DNA from: Orbicella franksi
Lineage: Eukaryota
Assembly: GCA_964199315.1 (NCBI GenBank)
Contig: OZ116712.1
Location: forward strand, 20,212,001 to 20,276,000
Direction of reading: 5' to 3'
Length of the DNA stretch: 64,000 bases
The translations under genes and the position numbers were made by a program. The notes below the pieces were generated by a model. That model ran no database searches and had not been told where the DNA came from. It worked only from the letters and a program-made list of their open reading frames with translations. Shown here one piece after another: positions 12,201 through 23,165 of the stretch. Numbering within the stretch: position 1 is the stretch's first letter; each line of letters opens with the position of its first letter.

Positions 12201-15200
12201 TTTGCACTATGTAGAAAAGCCAGAAACATTTGTTAGTGAAATCATCAACTGCGGCATTTACATCTTCTCGCCGGCTGCCTTGTTCAAACTCATGGGAGAA
12301 GTCATTCAAAAGAATTATCGCAAAATGAGGTAAGTACCAATAAATATATCTTATTAGATGTTTTGGTGTGTAGCATCACTGTATATTTTTACGAGATGTG
12401 CCGTATTTTGAGGAGCCCATAGGGCGAATCAAAATACAAACAATGAGTAAAAATATAAAGTGATACTAGACACCAAAACATCTAATAAGAGATTTATTAT
12501 CCAACTGCTATAGCCAATAAATTTATCAATGAAAGCGGGAGAGAGTGACAGTTTTGCGCGCACGCGCCGACCTGTACGGCAAACAGGTTTTCTACTATAC
12601 AAGTAACTGTACAGTAGCGCTGTATATTTTTACTGTTATTTGGACAGTATTCACTGCAGTTGGATAATAAATTGTGATTGTTTACCATTTACCAAAAAAT
12701 TCTGGAAATTATTTTTTGTGATCTAAAATGGTGTGGCTATTTTGGTCTGTCTTTTGGAAAACTTCCAAATTAAAGAGAACATCTTGTGGTGTGAAATTCC
12801 CGACAAGAGTATTCAAATGGAGTGTGCTTAGCATTTGTACAATTTCCAGGCCCTCTGGCAGTTTTGACAAACTTTGGGTAAATCTGGGAAATGGGACACT
12901 CCAGATCTCTTATATGGAATTTCTGTGTAGGGCTTTTTGTCCACCATTTGCCCAAACTGTAAACTTGTAACTAGCTGGTTTCTTCGAAAGGGGTTTCATG
13001 AAATTTTTTGAAGTAGGACAGCCATTGGTTTTCACAGGCAGGAAAACTTTTTGAACTAAACTTCTTTATGAGAAAAACTTTGCTTTAGATGGTCAAATTG
13101 GGTGGGCAAAATTGTCATCACAGCTGGTCAATTTGCCCAGTGCCCGCTTTTTGTGAAACCCCTGAAATTGTATTAGACACCTGCAAGACATCTCGTGGGA
13201 GCATGCACAAAGAGGTATGCTGTACAGGTCAGGCCCTGTAAAACATTTATTAAACTAATCTAAAGGCATTTCTTGCAGTGAGGAACCATTTGCTGGCAAT
13301 GTTGAAGCTGTAAGAATGGGTGAAGATGTTCTTGCTGCTATAGCCAGTTCAGGATCACTTTATGCATATAAGTCAACCTCGTTCTGGTCCTCAATCAAGA
13401 ATGCTGGGTAAGAATCCATAGAAGAGATTCTAAAATCTCCTTTTATGTTCCTTAACCATTCATTAGCAAGTAATTGCTCATCATTTATAAGCAATTAATT
13501 TATTCCCTATAGTGAAATTTCTGAGTTTTGGATCCTTGATTTTTCAAACCTTCCAATCATTCAAAGTAAAAATTTGCTCCATTGACAATATTTAAAGTAA
13601 GAAGAAATCTACCCTCAGTTTTTCAAACCTCATGATTTTTCAAACCAATTTCACTTCCTCCACATTAATTGGGAAATCTGGATTCCACTACAATTTCAGA
13701 AAATTTGTTATCAGTTTCATACACTGTATTGGGTCTTGTTGTAATATTGTTGTTTTGTCTTGTAAATCATGTACTTGACAAGGTTGTCAATAACTGCCAT
13801 AACCGGTAGCACCTGTTATGGCTGAGCATGCTTTATGGGCCCTTGTTGATACAGGTGAACTTGCCTTTAGTTGATACAATTCACCCATCAAGTAACAAGT
13901 TTGTTACAGGTGTGAAGATCAAGGATACAGGTGAATCAAAACTTAGTGACAGCTCTGCTAGAGTAACACCTGGTGTACTTTAGTTCTTAGTAGTTACAGG
14001 TATTGTTGATTTCCTTGTCAGGTCTGCAATTTATGCAAATAGAAATGTACTTTCTATGTATCACAAGACTCATCCAGATCTTCTGGCTCAGAATGGAAAA
14101 GGCCAGCCACACATTAGAGGTAACCACTGGACAGTATATTTTTGATATCTCATTATTCTTTTACAATTTTTCCCCCTACCCTAAATATATCTAAATTGCC
14201 AGTTTCATACCCAAAAGTACATCTTTCAAACCTCCATGCTACTTCTTTGAGTTTCCAGGCTTTATTGGTTAAATGATATTTTGATGGTATAATAAACAAA
14301 TGATGGTTATAAATAATGTCTGATACTGGATGTTTCAGGTGATGTATACATTCACCCAAGTGCTGTGGTCCACCCTTCAGCAGTGGTAAGATTGCTGCAA
14401 TGAGCTGATTAACTTTCCAGGCATACAATGCATTCAGAAGACAAAATATTTTCATGTAGATGTACTCTTTTGCATGCAGTGTTGTGCTCAGACTGTAATC
14501 CTAGTATAATATAACTAAGGGCTGATGGACTGACTGACTGACTGACTGACTGACTGACTGATTGACTGACTGACTGGCTGATGGATGGACTGACTGACTG
14601 ATGGATGGACCGATGGATGGACTGACTGACTGACTGACTGACTGACTGATTGACTGACTGACTGACTGACTGATGGACTGATGGACTGACGCATGGACTG
14701 GCAGAATGACAAGCTGACGGACTGACTGACTGACAGATTTATGGACTGACAGACTAACAGACTGAGTGACAGACTGATGGGCTGACAGGCGGAATGGCTT
14801 ACTGACAGACTGTAGAACAGACAGATTGGTGGAGAGAAGGACTGTGGGACTGATGAACTGACACAATGCCAGATTGATGGACTGACAGACTTGATGGATG
14901 CATGGACAGACAGCTTCTGCAGAGGGGTGAACGGCTTAACTGGCAAACTGCTAGACTAATGGACTGACAGACTGAGGACTGGCTTAGTAACTGATTGAGT
15001 GAGTGAGTAATTGATATACTGATTGATTTCAATCGTTCTTGTCCTCGTTAGCTTGGTCCCAATGTATCCGTTGGTAGTAATGTAGTCATTGGTGCTGGAG
15101 CACGGGTAAGAGAGACGATCTTACTTGATGGAGCAGAGCTGAAGGTAATGCATGGAATTCTTGAGTTCAAAAGCTTGCTTTACATTAGTCTTGCCATAAT

Positions 15201-16347
15201 TTTACTAGTTGAGAAACAAAACGCTTAACATACAGTTTTCCAATACTTGTACAGAATGAGCAGCCGTGCTGTAAATTAAGGATTTACTGACCTGTAACTA
15301 GTAGAAGATAAACAGCCCCTATTTTCCCTTCTTCCATCGAGCGAGAAGCTAAAAGCAAAAAGCAGTTTGGGAATGCAATCAGCATAAAAACTAGAGTTTG
15401 CTCATTTAGCTATGCATCTTGGTCCTAATGTTTGTATGGCTCAACACCGCAATTAAGGGAAAAGAAGAACTACACGTACAAGGAGTCTAACACTTTCCCT
15501 GGAATTTTGTAAAGTTTTGAAAATGTCATTACATGATACACATTGTTTAAGAATAAGTACCGTGGAGTGATTTTCATGCCTGTGTTTTTCCAGGATCACT
15601 GTTGTATTCTGTACAGTATTATTGGCTGGAACTGTTCAATAGGAATGTGGTCACGAGTTGAGGGAAGCCGCTGTGACCCAAACCCCAATGAAGAGTTTTC
15701 TAGGCCAGATGGTGAATCACTGTTTGGTAATGACGGCAAGTTGACACCATCAATCACTATACTAGGTAAGGTATTAAAGTTGTTTTAGAAATAACATCAA
15801 ACCAGTGGTAGTCAGACACCCTTGAGACCAGAAAAGGTGTCTGCTTATACAGGAGAGGTGCAGTTTCCTCATGATTGAGGGATTTTTTTTTCAGGCGTTT
15901 ATTTCACGGTGGCTTAAGCTGTGTATATCACTGCAATGATCAATCATGTCTTCATATCTTTCTGAGCAGTTCAAATATATGGTATTTCGTATATTCACTA
16001 TCGTCACCAACTACGGGTATATTATGAACTCATAACGTCACCAGCTCCCAGTTGACTTGATAGCTCAGTTGGTAGAGCACTGCACCGGTATCACAGAGGC
16101 CATGGGTTCAAATCCCGTTCAAGCCTGAATTTTTTTCAGAGTTTAATTTCACAGCTGCTTAAGCTGTGTATATAACTGCGATAATCAATCATGTCTTCAT
16201 GGTTAATGTAAAGGTAACAAAAACTGTTATTTTTTTTCAATTTCAGGTCGAAATGTAACAATACCAGGAGAAGTCATAGTTCTTAACTCAATTGTCTTGC
16301 CGCACAAAGATCTTGGCCAGAGTTATAAAAATGAAATTATCTTGTAG
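9273..16347 (+). CDS. GMPPA: Mannose-1-phosphate guanyltransferase alpha subunit, ~419 aa, 12 exons: 9273-9312, 9397-9494, 10254-10357, 11376-11562, 11857-11916, 12199-12329, 13279-13407, 14022-14119, 14339-14385, 15052-15144, 15594-15765, 16247-16347
   Basis: GT-AG introns, phases consistent, CDS 1260 nt. N-terminus [21 protein letters not shown] is alpha-type (beta has GGYGTRLRPLT). Also [50 protein letters not shown] hexapeptide region, and C-terminus [22 protein letters not shown]. Confidence 0.96.
10416..10867 (+). mobile_element. SINE copy interrupted by a nested insertion, GMPPA intron 3
   Basis: Same family as 31485-31755 and the reverse copy at 11004-11227 (TTCTTGGGCAAGA..CTCTCACAGT.CCTCTCTCCACCCAGG..GGGTACCGGC..GGACTAGCA); ends in a (CTTAC)n tail. 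Confidence 0.8.
10559..10734. mobile_element. 176-bp TIR element inserted inside a SINE
   Basis: Ends CAGGGCGTCG and GCTACACCCTG are imperfect inverted repeats; GAATGG duplicated at 10553-10558 and 10735-10740. Confidence 0.75.
11004..11227 (-). mobile_element. SINE copy (reverse orientation), GMPPA intron 3
   Basis: Reverse complement matches the 10416 and 31485 copies; B-box-like GACTCGAACC near 11205. Confidence 0.8.
12349..12490. mobile_element. Palindromic (foldback) MITE in GMPPA intron 6
   Basis: ~44-bp arms TCTTATTAGATGTTTTGGTG..ATATTTTTAC and GTAAAAATAT..CACCAAAACATCTAATAAGA with few mismatches. Confidence 0.8.
13025..13165. repeat. Dispersed repeat; second copy at ~3435-3577 in a PA2G4 intron
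   Basis: Shared TGGTTTTCACAG..AAAACTTTTTGAACT.AA.TTCTTTAT..TCAATTTGCC..TGAAACCCCTG in the same orientation. Confidence 0.75.
13808..13955. repeat. Dispersed repeat; second copy at ~6848-6995 in PA2G4 intron 3
   Basis: Shared AGCACCTGTTA..GAGCATGCTT..AATTCACCCAT..CAAGTTTGTTACAGGTGTGAAGATCAAGGATACAG..AATCAAAACTTA.TGACAGC. Confidence 0.8.
14520..15010. repeat. Degenerate (GACT)n/(GATG)n tetranucleotide microsatellite in GMPPA intron 9
   Basis: Directly visible; pure at the 5' end, decaying towards the 3' end. Confidence 0.95.
15890..16200 (+). mobile_element. tRNA-derived repeat: tRNA-like segment at 16054-16126 flanked by a direct repeat; partial copy near 42885-42990
   Basis: A-box TAGCTCAGTTGG and B-box GGTTCAAATCC; acceptor-like GACTTGA/TCAAGCC; flanking ~70-bp direct repeat TTTCAC.G..GCTTAAGCTGTGTATAT.ACTGC.AT.ATCAATCATGTCTTCAT. 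Confidence 0.75.
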
Positions 16348-16855
16348 TAAATAAGATAATGGGTTGTCTCTTCATCCCAGCTCTACGCTGCAAGCTATAC
16401 TGCTTTTGTTTGTCTAGTTTGATTGTGCAGCTAAAAATTATTAATTGGTGTCGAGATAGAATGTTGAAGTTTCCTTCTCTGAAGCCTCGTAAACCCAGAC
16501 AATCAAACTTGGCGAGCAAATGAATTAATGTCCTATTCTAAGTCTTTAGTTAGTTAGTAATTTTCAATAAATTAAGGGCTGAAGTCGATTAATTAGGGTA
16601 AATGAATGAACGAATTTTTTTAACGTGTCTAGCAGAGAGGGAGAACTCTCTGCTAAAGGGAGGGGCATGTAACTGAGAATACAAATACGGTAACTACGAC
16701 GCTAAAGTACGTGAACAACAATATTTATATACAGGATCAAACAAGAAAAAGGATTGCACAGGTGGTGTCCCTTGTATCTATGTTAATCGATGTGACTGCA
16801 ACTTAATCCTGTGGTTAAAAAACTGGTTTACGACAAATGAAAGTTATGGATTAGT

Positions 16856-17185
16856 TCTCCCTCCCATATAAAAATGTCGGAGGGGTGGGTGGGTGGGGGG
16901 GGGGGGGTGTTCATCGTACCTTTGAGGGGTTAACAAAGTGGTTTTGGTACCTCCTAGGGTGTTGAGCCTAAAAAGGTCCACAGCGGGAGCTTTAACGATA
17001 CGTCTTAGGGTGTTGAGCCGAAAAAGTAGGACAGCAGATAATGTGATGTTTTAGAATGGGTACCTCTTAGGGGTGGAAAAAAATTCAAGCCACGGCCACA
17101 AAACAGGACTTTGCTACCTCTTAGGGGGTTCTTTTCAAACTTCCCGACGGGCACCCCGTCCTTTTTGTATGGGATCCCCCCGGGG
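16856..17185. mobile_element. MITE-like element downstream of GMPPA
   Basis: CTCCCATATAAAAATG at the left is inverted relative to CTTTTTGTATGGGA at the right; internal duplicated TAGGGTGTTGAGCC. Confidence 0.65.
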
Positions 17186-18745
17186 TTTAGTTCGTTCATG
17201 TTTGTACTTCATTACGCTGTTGCAGGTCTATTCCATTCGTGTTCTCTCTCGCCGTGTCTCCCGATACCATACAATTTGTTCAGTGTTTGCGGTGAGAATT
17301 CGGTGGTACTTGAAGACATGATAGGCAATGTCCTTTATTCTTGTGACATCGGCTTCATTCAACGATTTTTTGAAAAGCGGTTGATGCTTTCCGATCAATA
17401 TTCGATCGTCTTCGCAACTACCTTTCTGGTTTTTCAGCCGTCATTTCAATGCTGTTCAGCTGTGAAAGCCGGCCTGTAGGAAGTCATTCCCAACAATATT
17501 TTATTGGGAGAAGGGGGAATATTTACCCAAAATTAATACCAAGAGAATCTCAGTACTTGTGTTCCCGATTGTTAATAGTGTGTTCTGTTTGTTACTAGTG
17601 TGTTCTGCCATTTTTCGCGGCTGCTGTTCCTTTGTGGAAATAGAAGTTTCAGATTCTTTTGCTGTTAGTTTTAATTAACTGCCGTAGAAATGTACAATGC
17701 TGTTGAACATTGTGTTGTTAATCGGTGGTATAAAACATAGCAACATAAAAGAATACATTTCAAACTGTATATTGAAAACTCTGATCTGGATGGGAGATAT
17801 TTGCAAGAAGATGAAAGCATTCAAGGTACACTTGTTTCTTATCGTAATTTCAACGGTCAAAGAAGTAGTTACCTGTCTTTTCTGGTCATTTGGACTCGGC
17901 AGCGAGCTGAGTTTCTCCTCGAAGCGAACTTTTCAACGTCATTCATTGTTTCGATCCCCTCCTCCCTAAGTCCCGGTTATAAAAAATTTATCTTGCCCGA
18001 GGAACGAAATCATGGTCACTGATAATGAACGAAATCATTATTATTATAAAGTGAGCGGTTTGTTTTTGAAAGCATTTGAACCTGATGAGAATGGTTCGTC
18101 TTCCTTACGACTGACAGTTAAGATCCTACTCCCAGGCCATATTCTCCTGTATTCAGATGAGCTTTTAACAACTTTACACACACACGATTGTTAAACGAGA
18201 CTCCGACATTACAAGACCTAAGCAATGACGACCGCGTCCTCGAGGATAACGCCTATTAAAAAATGGATTTATATTTTACCTTCGAATTTCGCAATTGTCG
18301 ATATCTGTTCAGAACGTTTATTGGTCTCTGAACTTGCTCAAGCTAAATAAGTAACTCCAGCGTTCAATTCCAAATGAAAAAACGAAAAATTAGCTGCCTT
18401 CGTTGGCGTTCTCCAAAATACGCAGAACAGAAATATACAAATATTTATAACGCTCGTGTACAGCTTTTGCCCTGCTCATTAAACCTTTTTGTTTGGTGGT
18501 GTTCTCGTTAAGGGGGGACAGGGTTGGGATATGGACTCTCCAAAACCTTTGTGTATGCTGTTTATTGAGCTGAATTCAAACCTAAATGTAATATGTCAAA
18601 GGCAATAAGCGTATGAGTCCTTAGGCTGTGTCCCGCAGACTAATTAGTGTCTTGCGTATTCGCTAAATCTTCCCGAAGGGATTTGCCCGCCAAACAAGAA
18701 ACTGCTTCTGTGCGCCAGGTTTCCTAGCCGTCTTGTTTCATATAT

Positions 18746-18858
18746 ACAACAACAACAACAACACTTTATTTTACCTCATTCAGTATTTTATATACAATTA
18801 TTTCAAATGATCTTTTTTTAAAAAATTAAAGGGGGTAGCAGCTCCCTGAAATAAGCTA
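18746..18858 (-). mobile_element. Probable 3' end of a non-LTR retrotransposon
   Basis: On the minus strand the sequence ends AATAAAGTG followed by a (TTG)n tail, typical of LINE 3' termini. Confidence 0.5.
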
Positions 18859-21800
18859 AAAAATGTCCGGGGGCTGATTCAAACTGGTCTTAATGAATTT
18901 CGCCTTTGTTGGCACATTTCTCTTGATTTTTTGCTTGGTGAACATAACACCAGATTTTCGTGTGTCGCAGGCCCAGACCATTTTCTTTGAAAATGCATTT
19001 TTTTTAATGGGTTTTCGCCTATCGTGCACACTAAAACGCCCGAAAAACACTGATTAAAAAGGGGACTCCCGTAAACGGTTCCTAAAGTGAAATCTTTAAC
19101 ACGCATCGTTTTAAAAAACGCTCCGTTTCTAGTGTGGACGGGTGAAAACAGAGGCTTTTCAAAACGGTGACGAAAAAAGGCGTCTTATACTGTCGTTTCC
19201 ATCAGCGTTTTCGGGTGTTTAGTTTAGTCTAGACGATGGGCTAGAACGCATCAAAAAGGTGTCGGAGCGTTTTGGAATGAAAAAGCAATAGTGTAAACAG
19301 ATGAAAACAGAACGAAAACGCTAGTGTGGGTGACTTGAATATTTTGCTTCGTTTTGGTTGAAGCGAAAATGACTAGTTTTGAAACGAATTAATGGTCGAG
19401 GCCTTCTGTAGTTTATCAACAAAAAAGCATACTATCTAAGAATGTGTATGATTTTTTAGTTCAAAATAAGAACGGTATACTCCATAATATTTGCTTAAAG
19501 TCTAAGTTTCCATTTGGCTAAAATGGTTTAAACAAATTAAAAGAAAAACTGAACGAGTTATTAAGTCATCTTCAGGGAAGACTTAATTAGTCGAAAACGT
19601 TCGGTTTTTCTTTAAGTTTTTTTGACATTCTTAACCTCGTAAATAATGTCTTTTGAACGCGCGATTCTTCAGGTTAGAATCGAATGAATTTAACTGTCAC
19701 TACTATGGAAACGTTAAACTACAATGCGTGGAGCTCAACTACAGATCTCGATCCATTTCGCTTGGCTCGCGTGTCCGATATTGATTTTGTTTTCCTTTAA
19801 AAACAAGCTGCAATACCTTGCTTACGGCACCGAAAGCACGCAATAACAGTTAAATTTCGTTTTTTTTAGTACTGATGCAATAGTTGTGTACATTTTGTGA
19901 ACTAATGCATAATTTTACGGATGCTCTGTAGACACTTCCTTCCGCGATCAATTTCCAAAAGCGGCAATCAAAGTAGCTTAAAAAGAAAACGACGTTACCA
20001 GAGCACACATCGTGTTCTTTCAGTTCAAATCCGAGAATCTGGTGTGATCTTTGACGGTTTACTATTCGTCCATGTTAAAACTATATAGCGGCAAGTTCTC
20101 GATGAAAATCAAAACTATACCCTGTTTTTATAAGCGTAAAATTATATGTTTCTGGCAACTGTCCTCTACAGGCTTTCGTTTTTCTATGAAACGGTAGGAA
20201 GCTTAGTGGCGTTAATAACAGAAAACTCGAGCTCAAATGAATGGTGTTCATTTTAGCAACCTTCTCTTAATGCAGTCGCGTGAACCGGTTCAGTCGACGT
20301 CGAGAAAACATTAGTTTAGACAATTAAAAGTAGTCCGCTATATTTTTTTCATATCCAAAATAATAATCTCCAGTAAAGCAGAATTGCAACATAGTTTCAA
20401 TTGATTAACTTAAAAGTCGCATCTTTTTTTGTCTATTCTGATTTAAAGATGAAATTTTTGTATTAATTCTCGAGAAATGTGTTTGAAATGTTACGTTGGC
20501 ATTAGCTGGCGTGCGTCACAAGAAACTCTTCATGAACATGTCTATTTCCGTGCTTTTCGTACACGTTCTGTAATTGCTTTACGAACAGGCAGGTGAATTT
20601 CTCATCCTACATTGATTAACGGACTCTTTTTATCTTCATTTTATTTGCTTCGGACCGTTTGAAGTCATTTTTTTATAGCCCAAACCCAGCGCCGTGTTGT
20701 ACCGTATCATACAAGTAGTATCATTACAATTGTGAATTTGCTACTTTTGGTTCTGAAGGGAATTTCTTGTGAAGAAAAACAACTTCGCGAGATTTCTTCC
20801 ACAGCACGATATTTTAAATGAATGTTTTTTGTTCCGCCAAGAATGTTGGCATCGATAATGGTTATTTTCCAAGACAATATATGTGGAAAAACTCGTATTA
20901 TAATTTATCTGTATCTCAGGCAGACATACAGGGACAAATACAAAACCACAAAACTCAAACCATTTTTTAAAAATGGCGTGATATCAATAGTTTGCCAGTA
21001 TGCGGTAACCGTTTAGTCTGTATTCAACAGGGGATCAATTAAGAGCAGGCTAAGATTCATTATTCACAGGAAATAATGTGAGTGGAAACCAGTGTTGTTT
21101 GAAATAAGGATTGGTGTTGCTTAAAAGCTACCCACCCACTGTAAAAATATACACGAAAATAACCTGCATTTCTCTAGAACGTCACTCTTGTTTTTCGTGT
21201 GCACACAACGAAGTCGTCGCTTTATTTGTAATTTCGTGCCTAGCTTTTGACCTAAAACACCTTTAAATAATATATAATTATTCTTTTGCTATCTCGGCTG
21301 CAATCAACATATGCATGGACAACGGGACAAGGCGGGTTTAGGTTATCGCGCTCTACAATCACAGCTCCATTACACAAGTTGCTTTCTCAACAAGACTTTT
21401 AGCATGCACGCAGCTTTCACTAATTTGACGAGGGGTACTTTCTACAACATTTGCATTTTTGTTGCTCAAATATTAGTGGTCCACATCACACTCACCTCGT
21501 CAATCAAACCAACATTTCAGTATTACAACTTTTTTTATACGAGATTGGCAGTTTTACTCATTAAAGAGCTGCTGGCGCCCGGAGAAAATATGTTTATATT
21601 ATAACCACCCGTTGCGCCCTTAGAGGCTTCAAAACGCTTTTTGTTAAGCGAGGTTTTCCCTGTATTTGACATTTCATGATTGATTGACGTGTCTGTAGTG
21701 CTTAAAATGATTTTCTTTGGTTTTCAAACGACTGCAGAGCGTCGAAATCTGAAGACCGATCAAAACAATTTATGCCGGAGGAACAATTAATAGACCAACA

Positions 21801-21950
21801 TCTCCTACCAAAGAACAATATATTATCATTTTTCGGCTTTCTCTTCCGACATTTCTTCGGTTGTTTACATCACAGAACACTTCAGAGACTCAAGTGCTTC
21901 GTACGTTCGACCTCATTTCTTTCACCACCTTTGCTTCTCACTCTGAAGTC

Positions 21951-23165
21951 ATGGGAAACAACACAGAACTTAATTTAACTTCAGGAAGCTCAGGCGAAAC
22001 TGAAGCGACGATAAGAGCAGTGAAGTTAACATTGTATGCTGTAATATTCATCACCGGCATCGCTGGAAATATGTTAGTTTGTCTGGTCGTATGTCGTCAG
22101 CAAAAACTGCGCACCTCAACAAACTTTTACATCATGAACCTGGCCATAGCCGACCTCGCTGTAACCATAGTGTGCATTCCGTTTGATGTCGCTGTACAAG
22201 AAAACCACTATGTCTGGCCCTTCGGGAGGTTTCTTTGTCATTTGATTTATCCTATCATGACGATGAGTACTTTTGCGTCTGTGGGGACGCTCACTGCGAT
22301 CGCATATAACCGATACAAAGCCATCTCACGGCCAATGCGAATCCAAGCTGGACGAAAGCGTGCGAAGGTAACCATCGTTTCCATCTGGGCGCTGTCGTTC
22401 GTTTTCGTCCTTCCCTACATCACAGTTTTACAAAAGCGAAATTCCCGATGCGAGGAGACATGGTCTGAACTTCACAGCCGAGTTTACACCTTATTTATAT
22501 TTATTTTTCAGTATGTGATTCCACTGTCGATCATTTCACTGGTTTATATTAAGATTGCAATTCAGCTTCGCAGGAATCGAAAAAATCTGACACGCGCGCA
22601 CCGCGTGCAGGATCGCGATGTCGCGAAAGTTGTTCGTATGATGGTAGTGGTGGTTTTGATTTTTGCAGTTTGTTTGCTTCCAAATCATGTCCTGTGGCTG
22701 CTGAGTGACTTCGAACATTTCCCCGAGGCTGGGAGGAAAGTGTTTGTTTGGGGTGAAATTCTGATATACGCAAATAGTTGTACGAACCCTATTGTGTACA
22801 GCATCTGTATCGAGGAATTTCGCCTGGCGTTTAAAGCCTACATCACGAAATGTTGCCGAGTCACCGACGAAGATATCAGGCCTGTCAGAAACGTTTTAGA
22901 GAGAATATCCGTTAGAGAAAAAAGCGTTTCGCATGACAGAATCTTCGCAAGGCAAATAAGCCGTCGCCTTCTCAACTCCTTTCAACGAAGCCAGTCGTTT
23001 GAAAGTCGCTTGAGTCTCCCGAGGATCTTCCGGACAACAACGACTGCCGAGTCGCCTCTAGTTGGGGAAAAAATTCTGCTCACTCCGTCGCCAAACTCGG
23101 ACACAAGACGAAACACTCCAGAAGCTGAGGCTAACGGAAATGCTTATGCGATAACCACGGTTTAA
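21951..23165 (+). CDS. Intronless class A (rhodopsin-like) GPCR, neuropeptide-receptor-like, ~404 aa
   Basis: Seven hydrophobic segments with GN (TM1), NLAIADL (TM2), Cys at TM3 start and in ECL2, AYNRY (TM3), CLLP (TM6), NSCTNPIVY (TM7); N-glycosylation sequons NNT and NLT after the ATG at 21951. Confidence 0.92.
   Translation: MGNNTELNLTSGSSGETEATIRAVKLTLYAVIFITGIAGNMLVCLVVCRQQKLRTSTNFYIMNLAIADLAVTIVCIPFDVAVQENHYVWPFGRFLCHLIYPIMTMSTFASVGTLTAIAYNRYKAISRPMRIQAGRKRAKVTIVSIWALSFVFVLPYITVLQKRNSRCEETWSELHSRVYTLFIFIFQYVIPLSIISLVYIKIAIQLRRNRKNLTRAHRVQDRDVAKVVRMMVVVVLIFAVCLLPNHVLWLLSDFEHFPEAGRKVFVWGEILIYANSCTNPIVYSICIEEFRLAFKAYITKCCRVTDEDIRPVRNVLERISVREKSVSHDRIFARQISRRLLNSFQRSQSFESRLSLPRIFRTTTTAESPLVGEKILLTPSPNSDTRRNTPEAEANGNAYAITTV

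Noticed and set aside
14501-15032. Three minus-strand ORFs rich in SQSV repeats
   Set aside because: By-products of the (GACT)n microsatellite in a GMPPA intron.
16054-16126. Functional tRNA gene
   Set aside because: Acceptor and anticodon stems are mismatched and it is embedded in a dispersed repeat; treated as tRNA-derived.
21861-21950. N-terminal extension of the GPCR given by the ORF track
   Set aside because: Starts at a non-ATG codon; first in-frame ATG is 21951, followed by typical glycosylation sequons.
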